A stretch of DNA of 64,000 nt, from the NCBI GenBank assembly GCA_030141605.1, contig JAQGDQ010000540.1, positions 1 through 64,000 of the forward strand, in the 5' to 3' direction. Positions 28,896-41,500 of this stretch are shown piece by piece. The DNA comes from Tubiluchus corallicola. Taxonomy: Eukaryota; Animalia; Priapulida. Position 1 is the first letter of the stretch. Each line of letters opens with the position of its first letter. The notes beneath the pieces were generated by a model that was not told the DNA's origin, searched no databases, and worked only from the letters and a program-made list of their open reading frames with translations. A program made the position numbers and the translations under genes.

Positions 28896-31800
28896 CGTGA
28901 CAAGTAGAATGAACTAAACCAAACTAAACGAAAGTTGAAATCTGTTTTTATAACTCTCGAAATTGTTCAACTTAGCTGCTCAACCTTTATGTGGCTGTCA
29001 TTCGCTAAAAGATTAATGTTTTGAAATAAAGTTTCTATTGTCACAGGGTGTTTCTCAAAATTCGAAAAATTTATCATTGAAAGAAACAAATCAAAACGCT
29101 TTATATTATACAATTTTGAAATATCATCGCCCTGCTTTTATTGTACTTATGTATATCATTGCACAAGCACATATGTGTTATCATTCCGCTGCTTTTTTAT
29201 TTAATAGTGAGTATCAGTAGTATGAGCATAACATAATGGCTATCCTTCGGAATAATTTTTTTTTACTTTTCGCTTACTTTTCAGTACCAACACAGTGTGA
29301 GTGGCACCGTTCTGATTTAGAAACTCGTAAATTTTAATGGGACTTAACCTGAGTAGAATTTCATAAAACCTTCAATTATGTTGATTATTTCAAGATTAAA
29401 AATGCTTTATCAGGTTTTCTGGGAGAACTAGAAGGCGTACAAGATGGAACTACCGTTTTGTTAAAAGATCACAGATTTGACGCAGAGGTGCCAAGACAGT
29501 TCAAAGCGGCGATTTTATTGATCAGAAATCCTTATAATTCTATAAAAGCCGAGTATAATAGAAGAATGTCAAAAAATCATACAGGCGTAGCATCAACTAC
29601 GATTGCTCAAGTGGGTGGTAAAGGTAATTTATTTACATTATAAATATATAACCACCAGAAAAATGCTCCATGCAAGCCAACTGGCATTATATGATGGGAC
29701 TACTTTTCTAAATAGGGCAAGTTTTTTTGTATTTACCCCATTCAGCTTGTGAATACAGATTCTCCGGCAAACAATTTATATAGATACAATTGTTGTAGCC
29801 CTACATTAGTGTACTAGGTATGGGTCGTCGCTAACGTACAAATTAGCTAACAGCAAAGTCTTAAATACAGGGTTGTCTCATAAGTCGATATGCAAATGAA
29901 ACAAAAATTCGGGGTAATTTTTTGGTCCAGTTTGTTAATGTTTTGGGAAAATCTGAGAGTAACTACTGTATTATTGTAATACAATGTTATTACTGACTGG
30001 TTACCTTTTCGTCTTCAGAGCACATCTGACAATTCGGTTTACATGTATTTCCAATATAAGCAAGCATTTTAAGCTAAACGTCCGCGCAACAACCTCTATT
30101 TAGTTATGTTCATGAAAGTGTCTTGGTCTTTTTGCATAAATTTTTGCCTGACATGATAGTCTTATAAAAAATTGCATGAGTGACAAATCTATCAAGTCGC
30201 AAACTTCCAATCGAACGAGTCTAATCGGGGCCAATCCAGAGAGCTTGGGAGCAGTAAGGAATGCCTGAGATTTTGCACCTCGCTTCTAATATTAGTGCCG
30301 TCGCCATAGTAACAAGGTTTCACTCAAAATTTAAATAAGAAGAATCGTATATGAGGAAAACTGTCAAAGGCCTTTTTGATTGATGTCACATTTTGAAAGA
30401 TTGAAAGAAAACTTAAAAAGAAAAGGGAAGAAATCAAAGTACACTGACTTTTGAGACACCCTATATGCGGTTACACTCCTGTCAAAAAGCAAATTTCTCA
30501 AACTCCATGTCAAAATGTTTGTTCACTCGTTTATTAAACATATAGTTGTGGATATTATTCAATTATTTTTAAATTCCTAAAGCTAAAGATTCAAGTTGCC
30601 GCTCAGATCGTTCCCATGTTTCACTAGACTGGAAGGTAGTTTATAAAGTCTATCTGATCGCCAAATAGGTCTTGATCAGTATACAAGGAACTAATGAAAT
30701 ATAACAAATGACAGAAAAACGGAAATTTCATTCAACGATTCTGGGAATTTACTACGTATATAATAAACGCTGTACAGACTGTGATGCCCTACCTATAATA
30801 AATACTCAAATTTGTTGCTTAAAATCATCAATCATTCTCATCTGTTCAATTTAATTCAATTCAAGTCAAGTTCATTTGCACGAATGCAATGCGGTATCAT
30901 GGCAAAAACACGAGTTCTTACAAGTATACACATGCAGACAAAATATACCAAAAATTAAAATACTAACACCTATGTACCAAATAAAAAATGCTTAAATCCG
31001 AACTATTAAGAGATAATAAAGACTTAATGAGAACTAATTACATCACACAATCGCAATAGTTAAACATGATAACATGAATTAATTAATCGCAACAATGGTT
31101 GCGATTTATCCTGCAGCACTCACAGATTGCCACGAAGGTGCCTTTTCTATAGCATTCATTTAAATATTTTCCAAAGAGAATATAGGGTCATCTGGATTTG
31201 TATTTAGGAAAAGGCTACATTGACGAGGGCCGTATTATCCTATAGGCTACAGCCTAATACCCATCAAGGGGGATCGAATCTCAAGATTTGGTAACATTTG
31301 ATAAAAAAATTTCACTACGGTTGTGCTGAAACATGTGCTAATTTGGTTTGCAATAACTAGCAAAAATTTAATAGTGGTATTTCTTAAAGAATATTTTCTA
31401 TGACAAACAAAGGATGGCTATTCTAGTGTATTAAAAGAGTTTGCAATAAGTTTACTTCAAGTTGTGTAAATACCGCTAAACTATATCCAGTAAAAAATAT
31501 TCAAGACGGGTGCTGGTGAGTTAGGGTGGCTACTCTTTCAATAGCCTGACGTCATAATCTGGCCCTGCACGTTACTGAGTGTATATTACTTTTTTGATAT
31601 ACATATACTCAAGTTAGCTTTTGTTCGCAAGATGACACTGTTGGATTTTGCATGTTGCATTTTACACTAATGACAATCTGTAGTTAACAAGTGATTACTT
31701 TTTCAGTTTGGGGGAAATTTGTGCAACAGGCTGCTAATCGTTGGTATAAAACCACGTACAATTTTCTAGTACACAGCCATCATCTGCTCGTTTTGCATTA

Positions 31801-32341
31801 CGAGGATATCGTCCATGATGTACAGTCTAGTCTGGTATCCATGCTGGAATTTTTGGGACTCCCTAAATACATGTGGCACAAAAGACTTGCCTGCTCTTTG
31901 TTACATCAAGAAGGTAACTTCAAGCGAAAGGCTAGTGATGATCATAAACTGCAAGATCACTTGAGTGTTGCTCAGGAAAGACTGATCGGTGATTACGTAT
32001 TAAAAATATCAAAAATATTGAGAAAAAGAGGCTACAGAGACTTCCCGGCAATCAGAAATGTTAACGACGAAGAGTTGAACAATGCGGGCGTGTTGGTGAA
32101 AGTCAGTGAAAACAAATTTGCTGCACATCAAGGTGCTGTGTTCACGCCAGTGGAAAATGATGTGAATGTGGTAGCTCAACCATATGAGGAAATGTTTGAA
32201 GATGACATTGCAAATGAGGTGAAAATGGCTGCTAAGGCACCTCCTTTAGGAATACAGTATTTCTTGAGTAATACAGAAGAGGATATGTCTAAAAGAGGCG
32301 AAGCCGGTATGCTGATCAAGGTACGCAAAAATGCAGAGTAG
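20561..32341 (+). CDS. WSCD: WSC-domain sulfotransferase, WSCD1/WSCD2 family (sialate O-sulfotransferase-like), 6 coding exons, about 521 aa
   Basis: join(20561..20783,21906..22029,23103..23311,25355..25519,29414..29623,31707..32341) = 1566 nt; all introns GT-AG with matching phases. N-terminal hydrophobic anchor IVLASAVTTVFVMFVVL; WSC domain FLGCF..TCAKKC..RCFCS..PCADFC..SC; 5'-PSB-like [18 protein letters not shown]; 3'-PB-like AILLIRNPY; later LHYED and EGNFKRK. Confidence 0.9.
21906..22029 (+). CDS. WSCD: WSCD-like exon 2 (WSC domain, N-terminal half)
   Basis: TATAG|CC..AT|GTAAGT; ARFLGCFNESRPFRWKLANDFKHSFDAKEVDHLTCAKKCQT; absent from the ORF track. Confidence 0.88.
22876..23070. mobile_element. 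MITE (Tc1/pogo-like), about 195 bp, in WSCD intron 2
   Basis: TIRs TAGAGTATAGTGGGGTAATGTC vs reverse complement TAGGGTATAGTGGGTAACATC; TA at both ends. Confidence 0.75.
23103..23311 (+). CDS. WSCD: WSCD-like exon 3 (WSC domain, C-terminal half)
   Basis: TTTTATGCAG|A..G|GTAAG; KGVKYAAVSYSDKRCFCSREL..IPCADFCRYHRRSCAD. Confidence 0.88.
23432..23633. mobile_element. MITE with 38-bp TIRs (PIF/Harbinger-like), WSCD intron 3
   Basis: AAGTGGCGTTTACGTAGCATTCAGATGCGTATGCGTTT vs reverse complement of the end AAGTGGTGTTTATGTAGCATCTGGATGCGTATGCGTTT. Confidence 0.85.
24867..25230 (-). mobile_element. LINE ORF2 3' fragment with C-terminal CCHC-type motif
   Basis: Frameshifted LPKLRTSAHNLAI..PIPRENCLCEICNILENEYHFLFYC. 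Confidence 0.8.
25355..25519 (+). CDS. WSCD: WSCD-like exon 4 (sulfotransferase 5'-PSB motif)
   Basis: [47 protein letters not shown]. Confidence 0.93.
26907..27888 (+). mobile_element. Kolobok-like non-autonomous DNA transposon, copy 1 (WSCD intron 4)
   Basis: Ends GGTTGGTTTTTCCT|TTAA; collinear homology with 58588-59418 (GCTCATTTTG..GAAAAATGGC, CGGTACCTACTGTAT, GTTTGGCGGGA..ATTTAAATTTCTTTT). Confidence 0.75.
28815..28895. repeat. (TAT)n microsatellite
   Basis: about 27 units. Confidence 0.98.
29414..29623 (+). CDS. WSCD: WSCD-like exon 5 (sulfotransferase core)
   Basis: TATCAG|GT..G|GTAAT; GFLGELEG..LLKDHR..FKAAILLIRNPYNSIKAEYNR. Confidence 0.93.
29866..30465. mobile_element. Tc1/mariner-type non-autonomous element, about 600 bp (WSCD intron 5)
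   Basis: TA|CAGGGTTGTCTCATAAGTC ... GACTTTTTGAGACACCCTA|TA. Confidence 0.7.
31225..31567. mobile_element. hAT-like MITE related to 39961-40439
   Basis: AGGGCCGTATTAT ... ATAATCTGGCCCTG TIRs; shares CCTATAGGCT..AGCCTAA and CATAATC with the 39961 element; TSD degenerate. Confidence 0.6.
31707..32341 (+). CDS. WSCD: WSCD-like last exon (sulfotransferase C-terminus and acidic tail)
   Basis: TTTTTCAG|TT; WGKFVQQAANRW..LVLHYEDIV..RLACSLLHQEGNFKRK..TAG; AATAAA about 10 nt after the stop. Confidence 0.92.
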
Positions 32342-35300
32342 CTCACTAAATAATAAAAAAATTTAACAATACTGGCAATAATGATAATGTTTCAAAATGT
32401 AATAATTTTTCAGGCAAATTTTCACATTTAGCAATTTTATAAACTGCAACCACTATAGCTATCTCATATTATGGATTTCCAGTGCAATAATTTATAGTAT
32501 GTCGAGAAAACATAGATGCTAAAACATAAAATATGTACTGTATTACTTGTATTAAATTTTCAATATGTAAAATGTAATGCGTAAACAAGCAAACTAATTT
32601 TTTACTACCTCTTTCTTACGAATTTTTTACAATGTAATTTATAAATTGCAAATGTTTATGTTCACGTTCAATTTGGGCACACGAAAAATAACTTTTGTAG
32701 TTGTTTATAATGTCAAAAAACTCAACTACAAAGTTGTCTTAATGTCATTTATTATGAGATTTTTAGTAGAGGCATCTTAACAGTGTAACTAGATCTATTC
32801 AGTACATATAATATATGCTAATAATAGATTTCAAGTGTTAATATAATAATAATAATAATTAGTTACTATAATAATTATGTTAATTGCTGTATTTTTATAC
32901 AGTAAGTGTATTTACCAGCAGTTGATGAATATAAATTTTTTATGATACAATGTCACAAACTTTTTGTAAATTGTTTTTCATTACCTTTCACGTGACTTGC
33001 ATCAACATTATGAGTATACATAATTGGGTTAATAGTCTGTCTAGTCAACAAGATTGACCACTGTATGTTTTAAGCAATTTTGTTAAAAGCTAACGTTTAA
33101 TATCTGACAATATACAGTTTTTACGTATAACAACATAAAGCATATATTTTTAAAGCTCGCTGTTACTATGAAATTTTTACATAAACAGTGACGAACATAA
33201 AAATTGTAAATATAGCTAGCCTCATAAATTTAGCTCATCATTTTAAACTATAATAGTTACTTCTAATTCCCATAAAATAATACAAAAGGACCATTAACTA
33301 TAATTATTAGTATAAATTAAGCCCTCTGTAGTCAACAATTTGGCACATAAAGCATTTTTACATTTAGAATTGGTTTGTAAACGATTGCATACATAGATCA
33401 AGCCCTAATTAAGCCACGATACAAATTTACCAACCAACTGAAAATTATAAGTTAATGGAAACCTTTTGCAATTTTTATAGCACAATAATTAGTAACCAAA
33501 TACTTTTCTGGTTATACAGTTCCAAGCAGTTACAGACTTTGATGAGAGCTTGCTTTACGCAGTAGATAATATTAAAAAAAGTGATTGAAACTGACTCGAA
33601 TAATTGAAACATTATCCTACCAAAAATACACAAAAACAGGTACAAACGGCCATAATAATAAAAAATAAAAAAGTATAATTCAATCAACATAGCATAAAAA
33701 CACTTGTAAATCTAATTTCCGAACCTTATGTCTGCACAAAATACCTGCATACAGATAAAAAGGCACTTCTTACATCAAGACTTAACATGTAGAAACAACT
33801 AACAGTATACAATAAATAGGTTGCCCTAAGAAATGGTAAATTACACATTAATAGCATTAGCATGCACTTACTAAGTTTAAGCATCAGGTCATGATAATAT
33901 AGTGATTGTAACTAACAACACAGAAACAATAAGAAAACGATCTAGTCAATTACTTATTAATATCAATGCATCTTTTGATGGAGATTCTTTTTAAACAATA
34001 TAAATTATCCTGCCAAAAAACAAATAATCAAGTTTGCAGGAAAATGGATTATGATAGCAAAAATAAAATTTAAAAACAGACAAATGTGTCGCAAACAGGA
34101 TAGTTGCAAAAATCCAGTTTGTTTATGGTAACATGCTATCTAAGTTACCAAATATCACATAACACTATAGCCAAAAGCAAGCCTACTGTTTCTGTAGTAA
34201 CTGGAAAAGCAACACGGAAATATAAAATTATATTAACAGCTTAACAAGAGTTGAGAGAATAGCTCTCTACGACAACGTGAATACAAATTAGCAAAAACGA
34301 CTTGCACTAGGATCATTTGACATTAACATTTGACGTTAACACCAAAAAGAAATATATAGCTAGTATATAAATATTTTTATAATATTTTTTATAATAAATA
34401 CGTAAATGTAGCTCGCACATATACAAAAACCATTCAACCGGCAAATTGTGCCGTGTGTGATTTTGATTGTAGGTTGATTTAAAAAAATCAACAATGTGAC
34501 TAATTTTATCACGTGGAAAAGTTTCATATAATTTTGTAACATATGCTAGGATTGTGCAACTAACTACAAAATAAAAATAAAAATTTGTGCAACAACTGGT
34601 CAATGATTACACCAAGATCTGACATTTCATAGCAAAAAGAAAATGAGAAATAAAAGACAAATTTTGCATGTAAGCAGGTTTTACATTCATGGGTTTTATT
34701 TGCATTGACAGTTAAGTGGAAACAAATGATTTTCCATAATATTCACAGGAATTACTAAATTTGAATTAGAATATAGATCAAATGATTAAATTAACTGACG
34801 CGTACGTGCTTAACTACACTATAATAGTTTGTTCTGGAAACAACATCAACAACTTTATTAAAATTGATAAAACAGAATAAATGTACAAAATAAGCATGAG
34901 ACTAGCTTAAAATATGATGGAACATTACAAAAAAAATCTGCTTAAACTGCTAAATGGAACTTTTTTAGTGACACATTAGACACATCTCAAGCAACTTTGT
35001 CTAATCTCCAAATAAAAAATGAAAAATGTTCATCTTTTATAGCTGTGTATAAGAGGACAGTACAAAAACCATTTTCTGTCTTCTTAACCACACTTTTAAT
35101 CCATCTTTCATTGAACACAAGCTAAAAAATATTTGTCCAATAGAAAAAACCCAGAAATTGGTTGTCCAGAATAATGTGCACAACTGCATGCTACTCAAAA
35201 TAGCTTGTTACCTAAAAACTCGAGTTTTTAGACCAGGTATAGCACCATTAACAAACGTCGTTCTTTAGTACATGAAATTTATCAGAATTTAAACAATGAA

Positions 35301-35378
35301 GGAGAAACCACATGTCACACTTACAGATACAGAGAAGATGCGCAGCTGTGTACAGTACACAGGCAATAATAAATGCTT

Positions 35379-35558
35379 TCATGACCAGCCACCTGTAAGC
35401 TTGTGAAACATCTCTTCATTCAGTGATTGATTTGAATCTTTTGATCGCATTGAACAGAAGATATATCCGCCGATGTGCTCATGCACTGCTTTACAGTCTG
35501 CACATGTGCAGTAAAATGCTATGTTACCTTCTTCGAACTGTACCATCATTTCCTTAAC
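35379..35558 (-). CDS. FERMT: Kindlin last coding exon (F3)
   Basis: [59 protein letters not shown]. Confidence 0.96.
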   Translation of the reverse strand, partial: VKEMMVQFEEGNIAFYCTCADCKAVHEHIGGYIFCSMRSKDSNQSLNEEMFHKLTGGWS

Positions 35559-38500
35559 CTAAATCAAAGAAAAAAATTAGCAGCCAAGTCCATGTATTCG
35601 ACAACAAAGAAACTTCAGCAATTAAACTAATGCTGCGCATTGCAACATTAAACTACGACTCTGACTATGAAAAAAATTATAGGCTACAATTTTGACTAAT
35701 CAAAAAGTAAATATATGTTAATGCATCAAATTAATATGTGCACACCTAATCATGCTGCGCTGCCATACAACTTGATTCAAACATTTCAAATTTATTGATT
35801 CAGTACTAAATAAAATTGCTGGAATGTATCAGTCGAGTTGGCTTGTCAAGATTCAAGATTCACAAGGTAATGTGAAAAACAAGAAAGAAAAATCATTTAC
35901 AAGAAAAATCAAGGAATTGGTAACTTTAGAAGTGGCATGCAACAATAATGATTTAATACTAATTTAAATAAGCAAAAAATATGCAAGGTTAACAACACAT
36001 GATAAATTCTTCAATTAAACATTTATCAAGTACTGATAAAATGTTTCAACAATGTTTGTTTTGTAATTATCAACAAAGATTATCAAAATGCGTAAATGTA
36101 AATTTTTCCACATATTGCCAAAGCTTTTAAGCATTTTCAGCCATATACCTTATATGTAACTATATTTGATTTTTGTGAGAATATTTGTGTAACTGACTTT
36201 GTCATTGATATGTACGTGAAACAGAAAAAAATTGACTTACCTCCCAATTGACATTCCAGGCTTTCATGGTGTTAAAGCGCCAAGTTTTCACAGCAGCACC
36301 ATTGTTAATGTCCATACGAATGACACGATTAAACGCTATCCCCAGCAACTCCTGCAAAACAGGAAAAATTTTAGCTACATAAAAAACTGCACATGAAAGA
36401 TAATTTAATTTCAACACATGATACTATAGATTCTGTGAAATGGAAAAAACACACTTTCTCTGCATGTTCACTAGCTCTTTTTCAAATGCAGTATAAACAA
36501 AGCTGGCTTCATTAAGCTAGAAACATACAAACTACTCTCTCCTGCTGGCAGAAATGAACACCAAACTATGACAAGCTTGAACTTTGACATTTCATCTGCT
36601 TAACCATACCAGTAGAAATGTACCGTTGATAAACAAATTTGTTGCAGCATAAACAGTTTGATTTTTTCATGTTATAAACTACAAAGTTGCCACAAACAAG
36701 TTGATATGTCAATATTCAAGTCAGATAGGCAGGATCTTCAAGTTTTAAAAGTACACATGGTCATGTGTTCAGCATAAGTATTTAACATCTGGATTTGGTG
36801 TTCATACTATACAAAAGACACCATAACATGCAAATTCCTCTAGCTTTAGCAGTATAAAAAATAATAGCTATTAATCTTAAAATAGGTTTTAATTTAATAC
36901 ATCCTCTTCAAGCATTCAGACAACTGGCAACTCATATGGCAACACCTGTGCACAAGAAGCAATTACACAAGTAGTTACTTCTTCAGCGAGCAAGATGGAA
37001 TAGAATGAACTTTAACCATAGGTCTTACTAAGACTACATGCAAGCATCATAATACCTCTTTTTTGCATCCCCGGAAGCGCACAGTATAATACGAGACTCC
37101 AAATTCGGGAAGAGCTTGCCATGCCCTGATGAAGTTCATCTTGGCATCATGTAGTGACAGTTCAGAAGCATTGGCATGGGCTTCGAGAATTCTTTGTGTA
37201 ATCTGTAAAAGACAATCAATAAAATTGTATAATCTGTAAAAGACAATCAATACTGTGTAACCTGCAAAAGACAATCAATATTGTGTAACCTGTAAAAGAC
37301 AATCAATATTGTGTAACCTGTAAAAGGACGATAAATTCATCATATAAAGACACGCATAACTTGGCACCTAATGCTAAAAGAACCCACTACTGGATGAGAC
37401 TTAAAATAAGATTGTTAGGTTAAATTTATAAATAGATTAAGACAAAGTGTAGAAACATTTCAACATTGTCGTCCACTTCTAGCACACAACAACATGAAAT
37501 TATGTACTTAAAGTCGACATCTTACTATCACATCATAACGTATAACGTATTTGGTATGGAATAACAATTTTATCTTTTGATTTTTTAGTACTGTATAGAA
37601 TTAGATTAGATATTTATTGACATTTGTCAACTGTAAATACATTGCAACTGCATAAAGGTTACGAAGAGACTGGGGTGAAACAAATGGTCCATAAAAACAA
37701 CTCATTCGAAGTAATATCTGTTTCCAAATAAATACAAATAACAAAAAAGCTAGACGAGCCAAACCATTAGGCAAACAAAACTGCATCTCATATCTATACA
37801 GTAGAAGAATGACAGTGACCACAATTGCAAAACCCTGTTAGTTTCCATTTTTCCAACAATCGTTAGCCGTAAAACAAGTCCCTGCTTACAGGTTATTATA
37901 AGCGCTGCAAGTTATTATTAACAACTGTAGTCAGATTGACATAACACATCAGAAACTCAAGGCTTATAGAAGAAAAATAAATACCTGCTTGATTTTAAAC
38001 TTTTTAAGAAATCGTGGTGCAACAAACATCTCCGGGTGAATATCTGCCTGATTTGGGCTAATAGCTGGTGTAGGGGCAGGTTGCTGCATGCTGAGAAAAG
38101 CTAAGATGGATGACACTTCTGAATCATATGAACTGTCAGCCATCGTCTTCCCTTTAGAAGCAAGTCTACAAGCTGCCATCCACCGTGCATACTGCTGATC
38201 CTAAAATATATTTTCCATATATTAAATTTTTAACAGTAGTTTAAGTGTCACTTATATTTACTACAGCAAAAACTATAGTAAATAAAGCTGAAATAAATGG
38301 CACCACCAATGTAAAAGCATTGACAAAATGACTTCATTAATATGGGTGAAACTAACCTTCCACATGTTGGCTGTTCGACAGTAAAACTTTAACTTAAGTA
38401 GTAACAGTAACATATTTCTGTAACTATTCCAGTAATAGTAACAATTCCTTTTGGATAGTAACAGTAACAAAAACTTGCAAATTAATAAGAAAATAGGGCA

Positions 38501-41500
38501 ATTATCTTAAAAATAAAAAGTAATTAATTTTTGAAAATTAGCACATGACATATAAGTGTAGCATAACAGTAAGTGCACTAACATTACCTAATGTTATAGG
38601 CACTGTAGCGCAAATACAAAGCTATAAGAATTAAATTAAAAGAAGAAATATTACTAACTACCTAACATTCATATACCACAATTAGTTTGCAAAAATTGTA
38701 CCATAAGGTCAACAGAATCAATGCAGTTCCTCAGACACCAGAAAGACTAGCATATATTAACAGAAAACTTACAGTATCACACCGTAACCAAACTTCAGTC
38801 ATGCCTTCAGGATCTGGGATCATCAGTTTTATACCAAACTTCTTTGCAGAGATGTTCACATCAGGACTCACCTCACAGCCTGTAAAATTAATGTTAAACA
38901 AACTTGATATAAACCTTCTTTCAAAATTTTTAGGCAAATATCATTTTCCATTCATCAAACAAGAAACCACGTGCACTTATTCACTGTATTGCATAGCACG
39001 TTAAGCACAAAAAGGCACGCTTAATGCTCAATTGCAGAGAAAACTGAAGTGAAAACGATAATGTAGCACAGTTAGTCAAAGACAATAAGTCTAAGTCAAA
39101 GACACAATAAGCATATAAAAACGCACACTTAAAGCTCAACTGCAGAGAAGAGAAAACTGATGAGAAAACTGACAACTTAGTGCATTTAGTCAAAGAAAAT
39201 AACTTTGTGGCAACTAACAAGTAAACAGAATTTTAATTAAACAAAATTCACATTGTTTTTTTTAAGAAAAAAATGACTCAGTTTACAAACCTCTCAGGTT
39301 AGTCGACATAAGTGGCTGTTCATTGACTTCTTCTCGACTGTTGTACTGACTGAGGTAAGTATCTTTAAATGTAAACCAAAATGGCTTAAAACCTTTCAGA
39401 GTGAACTTTTTAGGCCTGCAAATACCATCAAATGCTGATTAAACATCTTGTTAAATCTTTAGTCTGATACAGCATATCAGGGGCATAGCCAGGTTCTAAA
39501 GTTAGGGGGTGCAAGCACATAGAAAGGGCACTGTGACATGTACCAAAAAGGTGCTGTGACACACAAAGCAAATGTATATTTGTCTATGCCACAACAGACA
39601 GTATCAGCGCGTGACAAGAATATATTCTAATAACTAGAGTAGGGCCAATTAGATCCTTGGTTCAGTTAGTCAACTTTGACAAATGAGTTGCATAAACGCA
39701 TGCTCATTTCAGAAACACAGGAGGCAGGTTGGTCAAATAAAGTAATAACTCTAAAAATTTCTTCTAAGGCCATGCGACCAAAAAAATAAATAAAATATTT
39801 GACTTTTATTGCACTAGTAAACTAGAGTTAAAGAATTATTGAAAAGAATAAATAATTTAAACACTTTCACGCACAATCTTCGTCAAAACATTTAGATGTT
39901 GATCAAATGAGAGGGGTGCTCAAAACCCAAAACCTGAACCTTCTTTTGGAGGTTTAGAGACTGTAGCGGATAGCCCTATAGGCTGAAGCCTAAGGCCCGG
40001 GATCAAAAGGGGCCCGGCAAAATAAAACGAAAAAATTTTTTTGTTGTAAAAAAAATAAATTGACAAAAGAGCAAGGGGCCCGCCAAAATAAAATATAGAA
40101 AAAAGTTTTTTTTTTCAAAAGTCAGTCACTATATTTCAAATCGGGTTTACACAAATCAAGTTTACACAATTTAAGTTTACACAATTCACGTTTACACAGT
40201 TTAAGTTCAAAATTTCAGTTTCCGAATTTTTCTGGGGACAAAGTCAGTTATAATTTCTGAAAAGTCCATTTTTTTCAACATATCTGACTCAATATGCATC
40301 AGTGATAAATTGTTTAATTTGTCATCCTTTACAAACGACGAGAGCTCCACAAAAACACGTCAGCTCAGCAGTGTAGCAACATTTAAAAGGCCCGTTCCAA
40401 GCTCAAGCCTAAGGCCCATAAAATCATAATCCGCCGCTGTTTAGAGATACTTTCAGATAGCAAAACGAATCAGAACTATAGATGCGGAAACACAAATTAG
40501 AATTTTTGAGACATATAAAAATGTAAGAAATGAAAAACTGGTCTTTTTCGTAATAATAAGCGATTTTCAAGCCAAAATAGTTTCGTCATAGGCACATAGT
40601 AATTTAATATTTACATAATATTGGTTTAAAATGATACAAATTGCAAATCTAAAGCTTTTTATCTGCAAAATATGTGTGGAAATAGATTCGTATAATGTAG
40701 TACAAGGACAGGAATCTGTTTGCACATAAGCAAATGTTTGTATAACCCGAAAACTTGACTGACTATTGAAACAAAAGCAAAAAAATAACACAAGAATTGC
40801 AGCAATTGACCTTAACATCTCACCACAAGATGGAAACTTATTAAAATCTTACTTTAGGAAACGTAAATAGTCTCCAAGCTCTGGAATTGACATGATGTCG
40901 CCATGCCTGCCGCTAATGTTAGTACCTTCAAGTGAAAATTGCAGCTCATTCAATGCGGCATCGATGTCGTCTGGTTCTTTGCTGCCATCTAGGTCTGGTT
41001 GTGGCATCGATGATTGTAACTGTATCTGCAGCTGAGATAAGAAATTCGAAATTATTGAAGAATGCTGAGTGCATACTACAGAGTACATGCTTAAAAAAGT
41101 TAGAACGTTATGTTTGGACATTAAGTGAGTTATATACCAGATTATATTTTTACCCCACTACCTCCAGCCAACAACTACTTTTTTCGTTAGTCAGAGTCAG
41201 CACAGAACAAGTAAAAATTTCAGTGAACTTGGTCAGACCTAGAATAAAGTTAGTCACTTGTGAATTATGGTCATTCTCATCCACCGCTCCTCTATTGTGA
41301 AATAAAACACAAATTCACATATGGCAGTCAGAGGCACTATCTATTTTTAAAAGGTCTCAAAACTTTCTTATTCCAAAAAGCTTTAAACATTTAATTATAT
41401 AACAAAATTATTTTAATTGAACTTACATTATGTCTCAAATTTTATTTGTAGAATTATATTGTATGCATTATTTGACTGTACTGCTACTTTTATTGTAATG

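Noticed and set aside
36241-36351. KAW instead of the vertebrate QW integrin-binding dipeptide
   Set aside because: MKAWNVNW is, to my knowledge, a normal form in invertebrate kindlins.
37201-37326. CRISPR-like periodicity (about 28 bp)
   Set aside because: No unique spacers, no cas genes, eukaryotic intron; it is a tandem duplication.
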